A stretch of 64,000 nucleotides of DNA from Macrostomum hystrix (lineage: Eukaryota; Animalia; Platyhelminthes). Both the position numbers and the translations under genes were made by a program. Of this stretch, positions 12,803-26,125 are shown one piece after another. Location of the stretch: positions 4,650,001 through 4,714,000 of the forward strand of contig CATNEN010000030.1 in assembly GCA_950097015.1 (NCBI GenBank), read 5' to 3'. Positions within the stretch are counted from its first letter, which is position 1; each line of letters starts with the position of its first letter. Under the pieces are notes generated by a model. It saw nothing but the letters and a program-made list of their open reading frames with translations. It did not search any database and had not been told where the DNA came from.

Positions 12803-13627
12803 GCATTTGCGAACAGCGCGCTCCGTCGCTGACTCTTAATTTTGTATCTATATTTACTTTCTTGCTTTATTTGGTAAAGTCTAAGCGATAACATGCCGAG
12901 TTGAGCAGAGGCTAAATCTGCTGCTCTTTCTTATTCTCAACTTTAAGTCCTTAAGTAGCAAAAAAATATAGAGCTCTGCTGTTAGTTAGCACAATGCCTC
13001 CATACATCGCTTTACCTCTCTCTCTTAGTTCTTTAAAGAAAAAGAAGCAGCAGTCTTGGGCATTGGCTGGCCATTCTGCTTAGCTCTAACAAATTGAGAG
13101 TAAGTTCACCTGAGTTCTCCGAAAAGTAAACTGCAGAGCGAAGGCTCCTGGTCCGCCCGGTTAAAGCCCCTCCTCGCAGAGAACTGCGTTTGTATGCCCG
13201 ACTCATACTGAATTTTCGCTATGTGGGACGAAGGAAGAGATCATCGGAGTGATGACAAAAGACGCGAGTGTCGTATTGTGTGAACAGCTTCTGTGCATTT
13301 TGCAAGCCACTGTACAGCATTACGAAAAAAAAGACATTCATTTGAAACAAATTTCATTTTAAGAATTTTACCAGATTCACTCTTCTTCCAGAAAAGCAAC
13401 ATGATGCTTCAATTCATCACTTATTTGAGGCGCATGGTTAATGCATCGATGCATCTTAAAGGCCTTAATTCAGAACCAGGCTCATTTAAAGAGGTGTTTA
13501 AATAGCCTATCTTTTGCATCATGTTAATATGAGCTTTAATTGCGCAATAAAGCCTTCATAAAGTATCACTCAGTGTATTAGTACAGATGGTTTTTCAATA
13601 AAATATTCGGTACTTTTTGGTACTGAC

Positions 13628-13950
13628 CTCAGTAAATTTAGCTACCACCTCCTGCTGTCCAGGATTTCCGTGGCCGCTACGTCGGTTGCTGCTGCTCCCG
13701 GAAAAGCTGGCGCCAGCATTACCGCTGTTGGTGCTGCTGCCCAAATTAGGCTCCTCAGCAACACCTACGGTTGTGGTGGAGCTGGTCGGAGCTGCGCCGA
13801 CGCCGACACCACCACTGATGATATCTATACTCTGATGACCACCCAGTGGTGACAGCTTAGCTCCAAGAGTCTCCTGAGTCATCACTTGATATTTCAGAGG
13901 GCTACGGCTGCGTGAAATCATTTCCCTGTCGAATAATTGGGTGGTGAGAT
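13628..13950 (-). CDS. Isolated exon-like Gly/Ser-rich ORF, possibly an alternative upstream exon of the ABCG gene
   Basis: Strong acceptor TTTTCATTTGCTCATTCAG, open frame (…MTQETLGAKLSPLGG…QQEVVAKFTE), phase-0 donor GAG/GTCAGT compatible with the phase-0 acceptor at about 12282. Confidence 0.45.
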
Positions 13951-14749
13951 CTGAATGAGCAAATGAAAAGGGAATCAAAATTTGGCATTAATAACCAAAA
14001 AAGTAATGGTTTTATATGTAAACGTTCAAAAGCAATCTGCTATACAGAATTATTAACGCACACCACAGTAAAGCTCATGTACAAAATCTAGGACTTTAAT
14101 AAAATACATGCACATTTCTAATACAGCTTACATATTCAATGAGCTTTAACCGCGAAGCTATGTTGAAAATAGGCACAAAGTCAAGTGGTTTCAAAACAGT
14201 GATAAAAGTGCTTAACATCGGAAACATTCAAATTAATTTTATGACGTGCGAGTATAATGTGGTACAAAGCAAGTCTCGTCTTCATTACTTTCAATGCTAA
14301 CTACGAGTAATTGTCATAGAGTAGGAAATCAGACAAGTTTGAATCGTTGTCTCGTCATGCCCAATTGAGACTTAAAGTTGCACCCTGCATTTTTGTCAAG
14401 GATGAATAAAGTAACGCATATATCTTCTATATAGTAGTCCTTGATTTTAGCCTATTAACCTTTTAATGAGTTAATTTAAAAGTTGTGAAAAGAACGATAA
14501 CATACGAGCCGCATATACTGAAGGTGAGCAACGATAGACTAGGTCGAAAATTTGAAATTTGGAAAGTTTTACACGTGGACTATTGCATCGCAATAACGCA
14601 AGACTAAAAATAAAATGTAATAAAAATAAAAATAAAAGGTTATAAAAAGCGCATGTTGCTATGGAAGCGAAAGTTGGCTACATCGCAGCTGTTTCTCGAA
14701 CCTCTGTCATCTGTGTTATGTATTATGCTAGTAACTCTGTTCATTCTCC

Positions 14750-16300
14750 AACCTCTTGAACAATCAAGTAGAAGACCTTGTCTGATGCACTTAATAATTC
14801 AAAGTTTTTGACTATGTTGGAAATTTCAGCTGTAAATTTTTCCCGATTATTTTTGTACCTGTCCCTTTTTAATCTAAAAAGAAAACGGATTTCGTTCTCT
14901 ACCTCAGCCTGGCACTTTGAGCCGATCCTGCATTCGTATTCTACTCTTGGTCTGGCTGTTCTCTGTGTCTCGCAGACCAGCTTGTGGTTACTGAGTCGAA
15001 ACGCAGCGAGTGCCTGTCTATGCTTTGGCAGCGATAACCTTTCCAAATATTTTTCCGTAGAATGCAAAGTTTTAAATGTGTAGTAGAAATGGCTTAGCTA
15101 GAAGGATTTTTCAATCCGCTATCTCCAATAGGCTGCGAATTGTGCCTTAAAGTTGGATTTGTGGTTTCTAGGCGCCCTTGTCTAATTCCTTTTTGAATTG
15201 TTAAGCATTACTTCACTGTTCATCTTTGCAGCTATTCCAACATCAATGAAAGCTGGGTCGTTCACAATCCTAGCAATAATTGAGTTCGGACGTTTTCGTT
15301 GCTGCATCGAAAGTGCACTCTTTCAAAAAGGTTACGGTCCCAGGGTCTTCGTTTCCAGGAGGTAAAAGCCCCCCATGTTTCGGAGGCGTTTGACAAAAAT
15401 GCAGTCAATCATGGCTGTGCAAAACTGTTCTAGCTGACTAAACCTACTGGTTCCGAAACCTGCAAGTTTCCTTAAAAATGAAACCCGACATCCACATACT
15501 TTACTAGTCTCTATTGCATGGGTGTTCACTGTTCCCTTTGAGTAAATGTGAAACCCAGATACTTCCAGCTCTCCACAGATTCCAAGAATTTCCCTTGTAG
15601 AATTTCCTATAATGGAGCTTTTCTTAGATACATTGTAGTTGACTTGTTTTGTTTTCTGCAAATTTATTTGCAGTCGGAAGGAATGACAGTATTCAGAGAC
15701 TTTGTCGAGACCTTTTTGAATTTTGATCCTCTCCAAATGTCTCGAGATCGTCAAAGTACAGCAGATTGTTAATTAGGTTGCCGTTGACTTGAGTATGGCT
15801 ATCAAACGCCGAATTTAGTGCTGAGCTCAATGGGTTTATGTATAATGAGAATAACAGAGGAGAGAGGGGGCAGCCTTGTCCCACCCCATTAAAAATGCTA
15901 TGCTCCTCCGTGGCCAACCCTTCGGAAACTTTAATTTAAAATTTGGCTCCCGAGTACATGCTCTCTATTGACCTTGATAATTTCGGGGTTCACATCAAGC
16001 CCATCAAGCCATTCAAATATTATGGTGTGATCCACCTGTGGTGCGCTTCTTCTTTTGTCTGGATCAACTCTCTTCAGTCCTGTTCAAAACCCTTTGACTG
16101 TGTTTAATAAAGTCATTTTGTTTACACTGTCGTTGATATCTTGGCCCTTGAGCTTCCTCAGTTGTTTTGCATTTCCTAACTACTTCGTTGTATTATGAGG
16201 CTGGCGATTTATCACTTAGGGACCGCCTTTTATTCCTCGCAACGTGTTTTATTTATTTGCCTAGAGACCTGAGGGTGGCATCCCTCTCTAATCCAGAATT
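14750..16300 (-). mobile_element. Degraded CR1/L2-group non-LTR retrotransposon (RT and C-terminal region)
   Basis: GVGQGCPLSPLLFSLYIN, NNLLYFDDL (YADD-like) and RQALAAFRLSNHKL...EVENEIRFLF; multiple stops and frameshifts. Confidence 0.8.
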
Positions 16301-16739
16301 TATTGGAGATTATGGGCTTGACTGGTTGCACTGGAGCTGATGGCTTCAATAGGCACGTCAGGTTCAAAGACAGCTGCTCAATATCAGATTTCTCGTTTAT
16401 GTCTATGGATAAGAGACTCTCCACTAGACTTAGATTTTCATGTATACACTAAGCCTCGGCCTGAGAAATGCGTCCTCGGACTTTATTTTCCGTAGCCACA
16501 CTGAGAAAAGGAGGAGAAAATATAGCTTTTTGCAGACCATTTGATCCTTCGAGCATTCGATTTAATCCACAGTGGCAAAATCCACTGCTAGATTCACAGC
16601 AGTCAATTTATTTACCAGCAGTGACTATGGAAGACGAATTAGATCTTGTGTTAGAATATTAAAAAAATGAAGACTTCCGCTGCAACTAATCCTTCAGGTA
16701 TTAGTAATCGATTCGCTATACCCTATCGACTGAGGATAT

Positions 16740-17770
16740 ACAGGAGAAGCTGGATGCTGCAATTCCACCGAATACTCGAATGAAGGAACTATAGGCAGTA
16801 AAAATTTTCGACCAGTGGTTCGAGCAGCAACACAATCAAATTCTGAGCGGTGATACAACAGGCCTTTTCGTGTTGAAGGAGCGGCATGAATGGAGTGCCA
16901 GTGAGTGGAACTATCTATTAAAGATGTTCATGCTCGAAGTACGAAAAGTCGATGGTACTAAATACAAATCTACGACTCTTAAGGACATATTTTCTATGAT
17001 GCAGCACTATCTGCAGCACACGCTCAAGAAAGAACTAAATCTCAAGAAGGACGCTGCGTGCAAAGATGCAAGAGTGGCATTGGACGCTGCCATGAAAGAT
17101 GCTACTTGAGAGGGCTTAGTTCCTGGAGTAAATAGGTCGAACCCAATTCCTTCAAGCCTGGAGTATGATTTGTGGCGGAAAGGACGTCTAGCAACTACGT
17201 CGCCGAAATTACTGCAGTTTACGCTAGTGTTCTACCTTGGCAAGCATTTCGCTTTGCGTGGGGGCACGGAATTAGGGGGGGGGCTCTGACAATTTTTTTT
17301 GCTGCACCCGAACGGAACAATGCAAGCACACGAAACTCAAGAACACGGGCCAACTTTTTGTTGCGCATCTTCTGAAACAAGAAACAAGTCGCCAGCTCTT
17401 CAGACCGTCGAGATATTCAATGTTTCTGGCCGAAGGTCCGATTTTTCCCATGAGAGCTAGTGTATTTCATACACCCCTATACACGAATTAGAACTGCGCC
17501 TCAGTGCGGCCTTGCCAGGCCATCAAACTTTCTCAGCATGTCACCCGAATGTGCCTGCACCATCTCCGTCTTCGGTGGTCACCTACCTTTATCTAGACGA
17601 AGCAGCTGGACGGGGGGAATTCCCCCCTTGGTATAAAAACGGGCGGCAAAATGGCGTGGTATTCCTACTGTTTAGGCTAATTGAAAAACTTTCTTACTGA
17701 CATGGCCTAAGAACCATCTCAGAAAAATTTGGCATCAGATTCGTACCAGTGTGATGAAAATTGGTTGGGC
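16740..17770 (+). mobile_element. Crypton-type tyrosine-recombinase transposon remnant (DUF3504-like)
   Basis: AAIPPNT...AVKIFDQW, FMLEVRKVDGTKYKSTTL, LDAAMK, LWRKG.L...SPKLLQFTLVFYLGKHFALRGG, PWYKNG; interrupted by stops and frameshifts. Confidence 0.75.
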
Positions 17771-20700
17771 CATTTTGTCTCTACGCTGTAATTTACAGAC
17801 AGACAGACGGCGCAGCTTTAGAGCGAGGGAGAAGAAGAAGACTTAAACTGAGTGAATTGTACGAGTACTTGTAGTATATTGTACTTTTTACTGTAGAACG
17901 AAAGTTCAAATTGAGGTAAGAGTTATAATGACATGTGTCCTGACGGATGAATTCATACCTTCAAGCGTGTTTCCGAAAGCGTGGAAAATTCATAATCCTA
18001 ATGCGCAATAAATTATTCACACAAGATTCTTAAATTGTGTTGCAATTATTAGTGCGGTGAATCGAGATTCTATCAATAACACGATTCACGACCGTTCTTC
18101 GGTACATTTATCTAGCTATTGAAAATAAGCTTTTAACAACTGTGCATTGTGCACGTTCGTAGCTTCTTTCCATAACTTAATCTGTAGTGCCAGATTATAA
18201 AATTCATTAACTATGTTCAACACGCGGATAATTTGCCTTGTACAAATATATATATGAGCACAAAGAGAGGCTTAGTTAAGGTTCAGCAAGCAAAGTTCGG
18301 CAAGCTAATTTGTCGTTTAATTTGGAGTTTCATCGAGGCGACTGGCGTACTGGCACGACGATGGGTCCGTAAGCTACCACAACCACACTCCACTAGAATA
18401 AAATCAGCCGGATCATTCTGCCGTAGCTGGAAAGCCAATTTAACGCACAAGAGCCTGCGGATGACTTCTGGGCCGCGGTTCTGTGCTTGTTATCATTTCT
18501 CGACATGTTAGCGTATGGGGAAAACACGCTATTTTGGCCATTTATGCCCAATTGCGACGGGTGATGCTGTCGTCTCATCGTGTGACAATCCAAGACCGAC
18601 CACAGAGTAGCAAAATCTTTCATGAGGCTATCCTGCCAGCGCTAGCCCGAGCCCCTTGGCACCACCTCAAACTCAACCAGCAGCGGCTGGCGAAAGACGC
18701 GACCTGGACGACTGCGCGTGAATTTGATGCGTCCATATTTACCCGCGTTGAAAAAAATTCTTACGGGTATTTTAGTCGCGTTTTTTGTTGCTGTTATGCA
18801 ACTTCTTGGAACTTGAGGACCCTGTTGAGGGAAATTTGTACTTCGTTACTGATTGTGCCCGTGCGCATGTGGACGCACTCGGCCGCCACTAAACACTGAG
18901 CTGAAAATACGATTGCAACTGCGTCTGTTGAGCTGCAGAACGAGCTGAGTTGTACAGCGTCTCCATTAACAATTCGGTTGCTCGACCGTTTCGTTTATGG
19001 AGCTATGTATATTTGGTGGTTCTTAATGTCAGCCAATTGTATTAATATGGAACCGAAAGTCCGATGGATATCCGATCGAAAGTCCAGTGTAATTTTCGAT
19101 GGAAAATTTTGACAAATGTCGCTCCGCATACAGACAAAAGCGACTCATCAAATCAGAAACTTTAGAGAAACTGACTTACTGGAATTACCAGACCGCAAAC
19201 GTTGATACTTACAATGTATTTTGATAATATTTACAAACAAAAAATAGCCTTAAGCTCTGTTCTTTTAGGTAAGCTACCACTGTTGCATTTTCACTTAAAG
19301 TTTCAATTTGCTATCAACATATCATATCGTATTATATCTTATCCTACATATGGAGGCTGTGTGCTGTCAGTATATGTTGAGTTTCTAGGCTAAGATTTCA
19401 AGTGGATAAGCTTGAAAGCTTAAGCCGTCCAAAATTTATGGCCAGAATTCTCGTTACTTTTGTAACACACCCCTCATGGAAACAAAAGAGAATAAGGAAC
19501 AAAAATTCTTGATATCTTACATGGCTTGATCGGTCGTTTATTTAGTAGTCAAGCTTCTCGTTCTCAGTCCAGACGTCGATTGATTACAGGCCCGTTTTAA
19601 ACAGGCCTCGAATTGCTAAGGTGAGGCAGCGAGGCGTATCTAGCAAATTCAAAACTGGGAGCCAAGACAATATCGCTGAGTAAGACAGAATACAGTTTCC
19701 TCAGCATTAGGAATGAACGAAAGCTGCAATGGGTTGAGAACTCAAGACAACTATTTATATATCTTGTGAGTTGGATGAGCAACTCAGACTCAAAAACTGT
19801 CTTGGTCACAAGGTATATAGCACTAACGCACAACAGTATGTTGCAGCACAATGGAGCTCGATGGTTTTCGAGATAGCTTGGAGAGTGCACAGAGCACAGA
19901 GGGTGTGGGTTCATTATAAGAGAGAAATGAAAGCTGCGGGCAGGCGAAGATAGAATGGTCTAATTACTTGGCTAAACAGTTCTCAACAACATACGCTCTG
20001 AACACAGCCGACATGGGGTCCACATCTTTTTCTTTAAATCAGTCTTCATTATAGCCTTGTGCATTAGTGTACAGTGCACATTATTAAGTGTGTTATTGAT
20101 AAGTGATTCTGTTCATGCACAGCAATTAAAAAAAGCGACATAAAGGGCAAAAAGTGGTAAAATACCTTCGTGTAAAATTGAATTTACCGGTATATTCTTA
20201 ACTCTATATTTTAATTTGATTTTTTAGTAGCTAGCTAGCTCCTAACTTTTCAACAAAAATGTTGCGTGAATCAAAATCGAAAAAGGCCAGGAACTTTGCA
20301 GCAGAGATTTCACCATGCCGCTTGCAGTTTAAACTGAAAAGAAGTTATTGAATTGCAAATTTTTTTATGATTGATGTGTTTCGCAATCTTAAGCAAAATC
20401 GGTATAAAATTTGACTCAAGTTACGAGCGTATGCACATTTAGAGCAACAGTATGCTTTCAGTTATGCTTGAGGACTGCCTAGAGTCGCAAAATGGCTGTT
20501 GTGCAAGTTCATCAGACCACCGCATCAGCTTGTAGTCTGTGCCCTGTGCTATAGACGTACTAATAATTACTCCGTTAGATTTTCTGACGCTGCGGAGACT
20601 GACCACGGAACCTGACTCTCCAAACGACGTAGCGCTACCGCTCTGTCTCTCTCACCTGCCCCAGCGCGCGCTTTATTATCGATCGCTCTACCCCCTCCAT

Positions 20701-22609
20701 TTTGACCCACCTGCGCTAAACCCCTTTGCTGTCTTTTCGTCCCCCATATCTTATCTATAGTTCATGCTGGCTCGCGCGCTTGACAGCCAATCAATATACT
20801 AAACTGGTAACGGGCTTTGGGCCCATACTGGCCTGGTCGTCTCTCTTCGCAAATTAGAACATTTTTCTCTACATGTCCTAACTCCTCGCTCCTCGCTCAG
20901 CGTTCTGTGCTATAGAATCAAATGTAAACTTAAAGAGCTAGGAGGTATGCATTTGTTGAGATGTTTCCGATCTTGCCGATTGTTTAACGCGATAAGTAAC
21001 ATAAAGTTACACAATGAATATGATTAGCTTTGTTTCTTAACTTTATTATCGCCTACTGATTTTCTGTCACATCTGGCGTAATTTTTACTTTAAAATAAAT
21101 GATATACATTTACTTCTGTGCCTTTGTTATAATTTGTGATAAAAAATCTAAATTTAAATTTTGTTCTGAAGTATTATTCACATTCACATATTATTCACAT
21201 ACAGACTGTAAAAAGGCTAACTGTATCCACACTAACTAATAACTAATCCACACGTCACAACTTTTAAAGAGTACAAAGACTGTTATCGAAGCGTAATGAA
21301 TTGTTATTGTTACCGATGTTGCTGACGTTACAGCTTACAAGTCTACAGCCAACTTAAAAAAAAACTACTTCGACAGTCGACGACTCTTAGTCTTACCCAG
21401 CCTCGTTCAGAAGACTCATTTCGACAGTAACATTTTTCCCAATTAAAATTTTAGTAAACAGTGTAGGCCGAATAGACAATTCATCTAGAAACAGTTAGAA
21501 AATGATTAGTAGCTATGAAATGGTATTTTGGTAATTATAGTTATAGGCCTAGTTCTACTTTACATTTTTTATCTATAAGACTATAACTTAGCCTATATTT
21601 ACAGAGATACAGACTACAGTAGGTTTCACAGGCATATCATTGATGAAAAAATTAGTTTCACATGTTGATGTTGGTAGCTGAGTTTGGCAGCAGATTCATT
21701 TAGGGCAATGTATCATCAACCAAACAAGAATGTGTATTTTTTTAACTTCAAACCTAAGCTACAGATTTTCTATTTAAGATATGATTATAAATCAAAAGCC
21801 AAGTTATAGAAAACAGTTACATCTTTCTAAAAAGTATCTGCTTTTGCTAATTTGTCAAATAGAAAAAAAGTTATTCCTGCTTTTTATCTAAAACCGAACA
21901 ATGATTTTCATATATCTTCAAACCAAACAGAGAATTTGATGTTTGGTTTTAAAATTTGAGTGAGTGGTTTAATCTTATTTTAAGGAGTGAACTATCATGA
22001 ATTATGTCATTTGAAAGCATTTTTCATGCTCTATAAGTAACTACATTTATGGTCATTTAATTGGCAAGCAACCACATACAATCTTTGTCTAAAGTACATA
22101 CTGAAAAAATGTTGTTAAAAAGTATGATTTTGCAATAAAAATTTCTACTGAAACATCAATATCTTTCTTTCCTCTTAATGCTTCATTGCACATCATGCCT
22201 CAGCTTGTAGATAATTTCTTCAACTTTCAAATTAGTTGTTCTGTGAAACACAATAGCTTGTTTCTGTCTTGCACGAGACCAAGGAAGGAGTCAAAATTCT
22301 TGTTCCGTTTTGAAGATACACTGTTCGGTTGATGATACATTACCCTATAAACTCTATAGGCCTATTCTATTGTTTCCATATTTGTTTTAAATTTTGGTTT
22401 GGGGGCCTAAATTGAAACATTTCTGTCAGAATGTGTCTGTTGGGGGAACCCATAGGCCTATATTTGCTTATGTATCAGTTATGCCTAAACCACCTTAAAT
22501 TTTAATATAGGCCCCTAGGCCCTAGATTGTGTAAATTCTAGGACATGCTTCATTATAGGCCTATACCAAGTACATATGTATTAGTAAAAACCTAATGTCT
22601 TGATTGATC

Positions 22610-23175
22610 ATGTGTAATCTTCCTGGAAGCTTCAGTTAAAAATTTACATTTTAGATTAAATATTCCATAGTCTCAATTATGTCAAATATATCAATGTCCT
22701 AAAATTTTTGGATGTATTGATGTTGCCTAGCAATGCCTAGGCATACCTAATTTTCATATATGCCATAGTATAGATAATTCTAAGTCAAGTGCATGTTCTA
22801 AAATATCTTGACTTTAGGAAATGTGTGATCTTCCTGGAAACTTCAGATAAAAATTTACATTTCAGAGTAAATATTCCATAGTCTCAATTATGTCACTTAT
22901 ATCAATGTCCTAAAATTGTTGTTGCCTACCTAATTTTACATATATGCCATAGTATTGATAATTCTAAGTCAAGTGCATGTTCTAAAATATCTTTAGCAAA
23001 TGTGTGATCTTCCCGGAAACTTCAGATAAAAATTTACATTTCAGAGTAAATATTCCATAGTCTCAATCAGGTCATTTATATCAATGTCTGAAAATTTGGG
23101 GATGTGTGGATGTTGCCTACCTAATTTAGCATATATGCTATAGTATAGATAATTGCATGTGCATGTTCTAAAATG
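22610..23175. repeat. Three diverged tandem copies of a 175-210 bp unit
   Basis: ATGTGT(A/G)ATCTTCC...CAGATAAAAATTTACATTT...TTCCATAGTCTCAAT...GTGCATGTTCTAAAAT starts at 22610, 22821 and 23000. Confidence 0.9.
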
Positions 23176-23187
23176 TTGTTAAGGCTT

Positions 23188-23488
23188 AATTGATTACACC
23201 TGCCTCAATTGGTTCAGATGAGCAGCCAACAGCACAGCCTCAGCTATCAAGACTATCAAGACAGCCTCAAGACTTCGTACAACTGTTTAGTCCATGGGCT
23301 GGGGGGATGCCACACCCACCTTCAATTTACCTAGCTAATGCTGGTACCCATTTAACAGCTGGGTTAATTGAAGAAATGCAGAGTAAAGTGTCTTGCTAAA
23401 GGACACAAATTGTTTCTGTGGTTTTGGGAATCAAACCCCCAACCTTCAAGTTGTGAGCCCGATGCCCTAACCACTAGGCTACAACCTC
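23188..23488 (-). mobile_element. tRNA-headed SINE (family A), copy 1
   Basis: Head AGAGGTTGTAGCCTAGTGGTTAGGGC..., core GTGTCCTTTAGCAAGACACTT...AATGGGTACC; 12-bp TSD TTGTTAAGGCTT (23176-23187 / 23489-23500); homologous to 46119-46449. Confidence 0.9.
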
Positions 23489-26018
23489 TTGTTAAGGCTT
23501 GAATGCTCACAAAAAGTGTATACATAAACTGAGATATTACACACTGAAACAAATATAGAAATCTTATTATATTGTAAAGTAACTTGTCTTATTCCAACTG
23601 GGAAAAATCCTAGGGGCCCTCTAGCGGTTGGTGACTGAGGGCCACTAGAGGGCTATCTAGGTGCTGCACCGCCGGAATGCTAGGGGCCCCACTAGTGGGT
23701 GCCCCTCATGGTGCCCTATTGGGCCTCTAGCATGCCAGTGCTAGCATGCCTCTAGCGAACCTCTAACACGAACTGCTATAGATTTTCACAGTATTTTCAC
23801 AGGCACCGAGTAATGTTAGCATCAGTTTAAATTTCATCCCTTTTGTTGTGTCTGGATATAAAATTGATTGACTTCATGTACCTAATGCACACTTAATATC
23901 AATTTTATTTGATATTATCAATATAATATCAATAATTTCAATTAATCATGAACCAAAATTAGCCTTGTCTTATGTTCTATAGATTAAACTAAGTTTTCAC
24001 ATTTTCAATATAAGGATAAAATTATGAATTAACATTAATTTATTAATTACTGGTCCACTATAGTAAAGGACATTAAGAGTAACATTTGTTATGAAAACCT
24101 TCGTTGAACCATATAGCATTAATAAGCTTAAACTGGACCTTGAACCATTGTTATTATAAATAGGGAGATGTTTTCAAAAATGCAATTTTGAAACCAAGAG
24201 TTCAGTTTTAGTATATAGCATTTGAAATGCAACTTTTAGGGATTAAAACTTATTTTTGGAGAAGTAAAATTCTTTCTTCCTCATGAGTTCTTTTGTGCAA
24301 ACTAATTAGCACACAATAAAGGCATATAAGAAAATTTTTTCAAATGTTACAGCTGCAAAATCGATAAATTTAGTATGCTTTTAAATGAATATTTGAATGC
24401 TTGCATGTTATATTTCTGAAGTAACAGAAAAAACACAATACACTTTTCAAGCTTTTTAAAATCCTAATGTACATTTTATCTGTCCATGCACTTTAAGACA
24501 AGCTGAAATGGCTACCAATTGTTCTTACAAAATGTATGTTATGCTAGCTTAATTTAACATCATGAGCATTCACTTTAACATAAGTAATAAATGAAAATAT
24601 TATAAGAAATAGATTGAAAATTGATGTATTTCATGTTCACAAGATACTAAATTCTACACACACACATAACATTTAAAATTCAGTAACTGCAAGCATATCT
24701 GACAGTTTGTTTATCATTTACTTGTAAAAAAATTTTTACTTATCTTTTTAACTCAGAATTTAAGCCTTGTTTTTTTTGCTTACTTTGCTTTAGTCTACAA
24801 GGTCTTCTGTCAAACTCAAGTCGCATTTGTTAATAAATTACTAGACTCAAAAAACAGTGCACAACAAAACTAAAAAAATGCAAAAATGGAACAGGGCAAT
24901 ACAATGCTATAGAAAAAAGATGAAAAATAAAGTCCCAGGTCAATCAGAATCACTTTTGATCCTCTTATGAAGTACTTTTTGAGAGCGGTGTCCCTGAGTC
25001 CTGTGAGAACGTTCTCCCTCATTCTCACCATTAGATTCGCCAAATGACAAAGAGTGAACTCGTCTGTAGCTTTATTTTTTAAAGCTGTGGCAACAGCCTT
25101 CCTCACCGCTTTGTAATACTGCAGCATTATGATGGACCCTGTGGGTTGCATCTTGAACTAATTCTTCAAAGGGCCTTGCAAACATATTGTTGCTGTCAGT
25201 ACCAGTTCAATTAAAATCGCACTGAAGCCGGTTAGACAGAATGAAGACTATCATGTGTTGCACAATTTCATTAAGATTGTTAAGATAAAATTAAGATTAA
25301 GATAGGCCTAAGATTAAGATAAAATATATTAAGATGCATGAATTTTGCATATTATAATCTCTGAAGTCTCTGTAATATTTACTTGAAATCCAAAGATATC
25401 CAAATAAGATACATTTTGTATCTAAAAATATATAGTTTGAACTTAATCATTTGGGAGCTTGAATAATACTAATTTGGGAGCTTATATATTTTAAGCAAAA
25501 CTACAAGCCCATTTTATTAGGACAACATTTATTGACAAAAATATTTTGAAGCTAGGAATAGCTAAAATTTTAATCTTTTTTTTCAAATAAACATACAAAA
25601 TATTCTAATTTAGGCCTCTCTTGGCTTTAAAATAATTTAGCACTTAGTAACTTAGCCAAATACAATTAATTTTTTAAGTTTTCCCTTTACTTTGATTTGT
25701 AGCTTAACATGCAAACTTAAGTCTAGTACAAAATAGTTTACATGTAATGCATATTCTTAGAACTAATTTAGCATAGACTGTAGTCAGGAAGGCCAATGGC
25801 AATAGGATAGAAAATTCCATTTCACATGAAGGATCCTGGTACACTCTTTGCACAATCATTGTATATAACAATGTTCCAGGTGCCTGTGATACAAAATCAT
25901 GGCACATGAAACTGGTTGCTTCAAAATATCAGTGAGGGCATAGCTTAACTAGCTTACTAGCTAACTTTTCAAACAAACAATCTAGCTAGTATTTTTTTAT
26001 TAGGCTACCTATCCAGGC

Positions 26019-26125
26019 TCAGCTGTTCAGTTGCCAGGGGTTAGCGATATGGGCGGCATCAGCCGCCTCCTCGCTGCGTCCGTCATGGAGGCTCCCTGCC
26101 GCTAAGTCAAAGTCAGCTGTTCAGT
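26019..26125. mobile_element. 81-bp GC-rich insertion flanked by a 13-bp direct repeat
   Basis: TCAGCTGTTCAGT at 26019-26031 and 26113-26125 brackets a CpG-rich 81-bp piece inside a CpG-poor region. Confidence 0.5.

Noticed and set aside
18233-18899. Cluster of short ORFs on both strands
   Set aside because: No recognisable motif or consistent splice structure.
26040-26075. Minus-strand MTDAARRRLM resembling the Rad6/UBE2A N-terminus
   Set aside because: Similarity stops after 10 residues, a stop follows, and the patch lies in a TSD-flanked insert.
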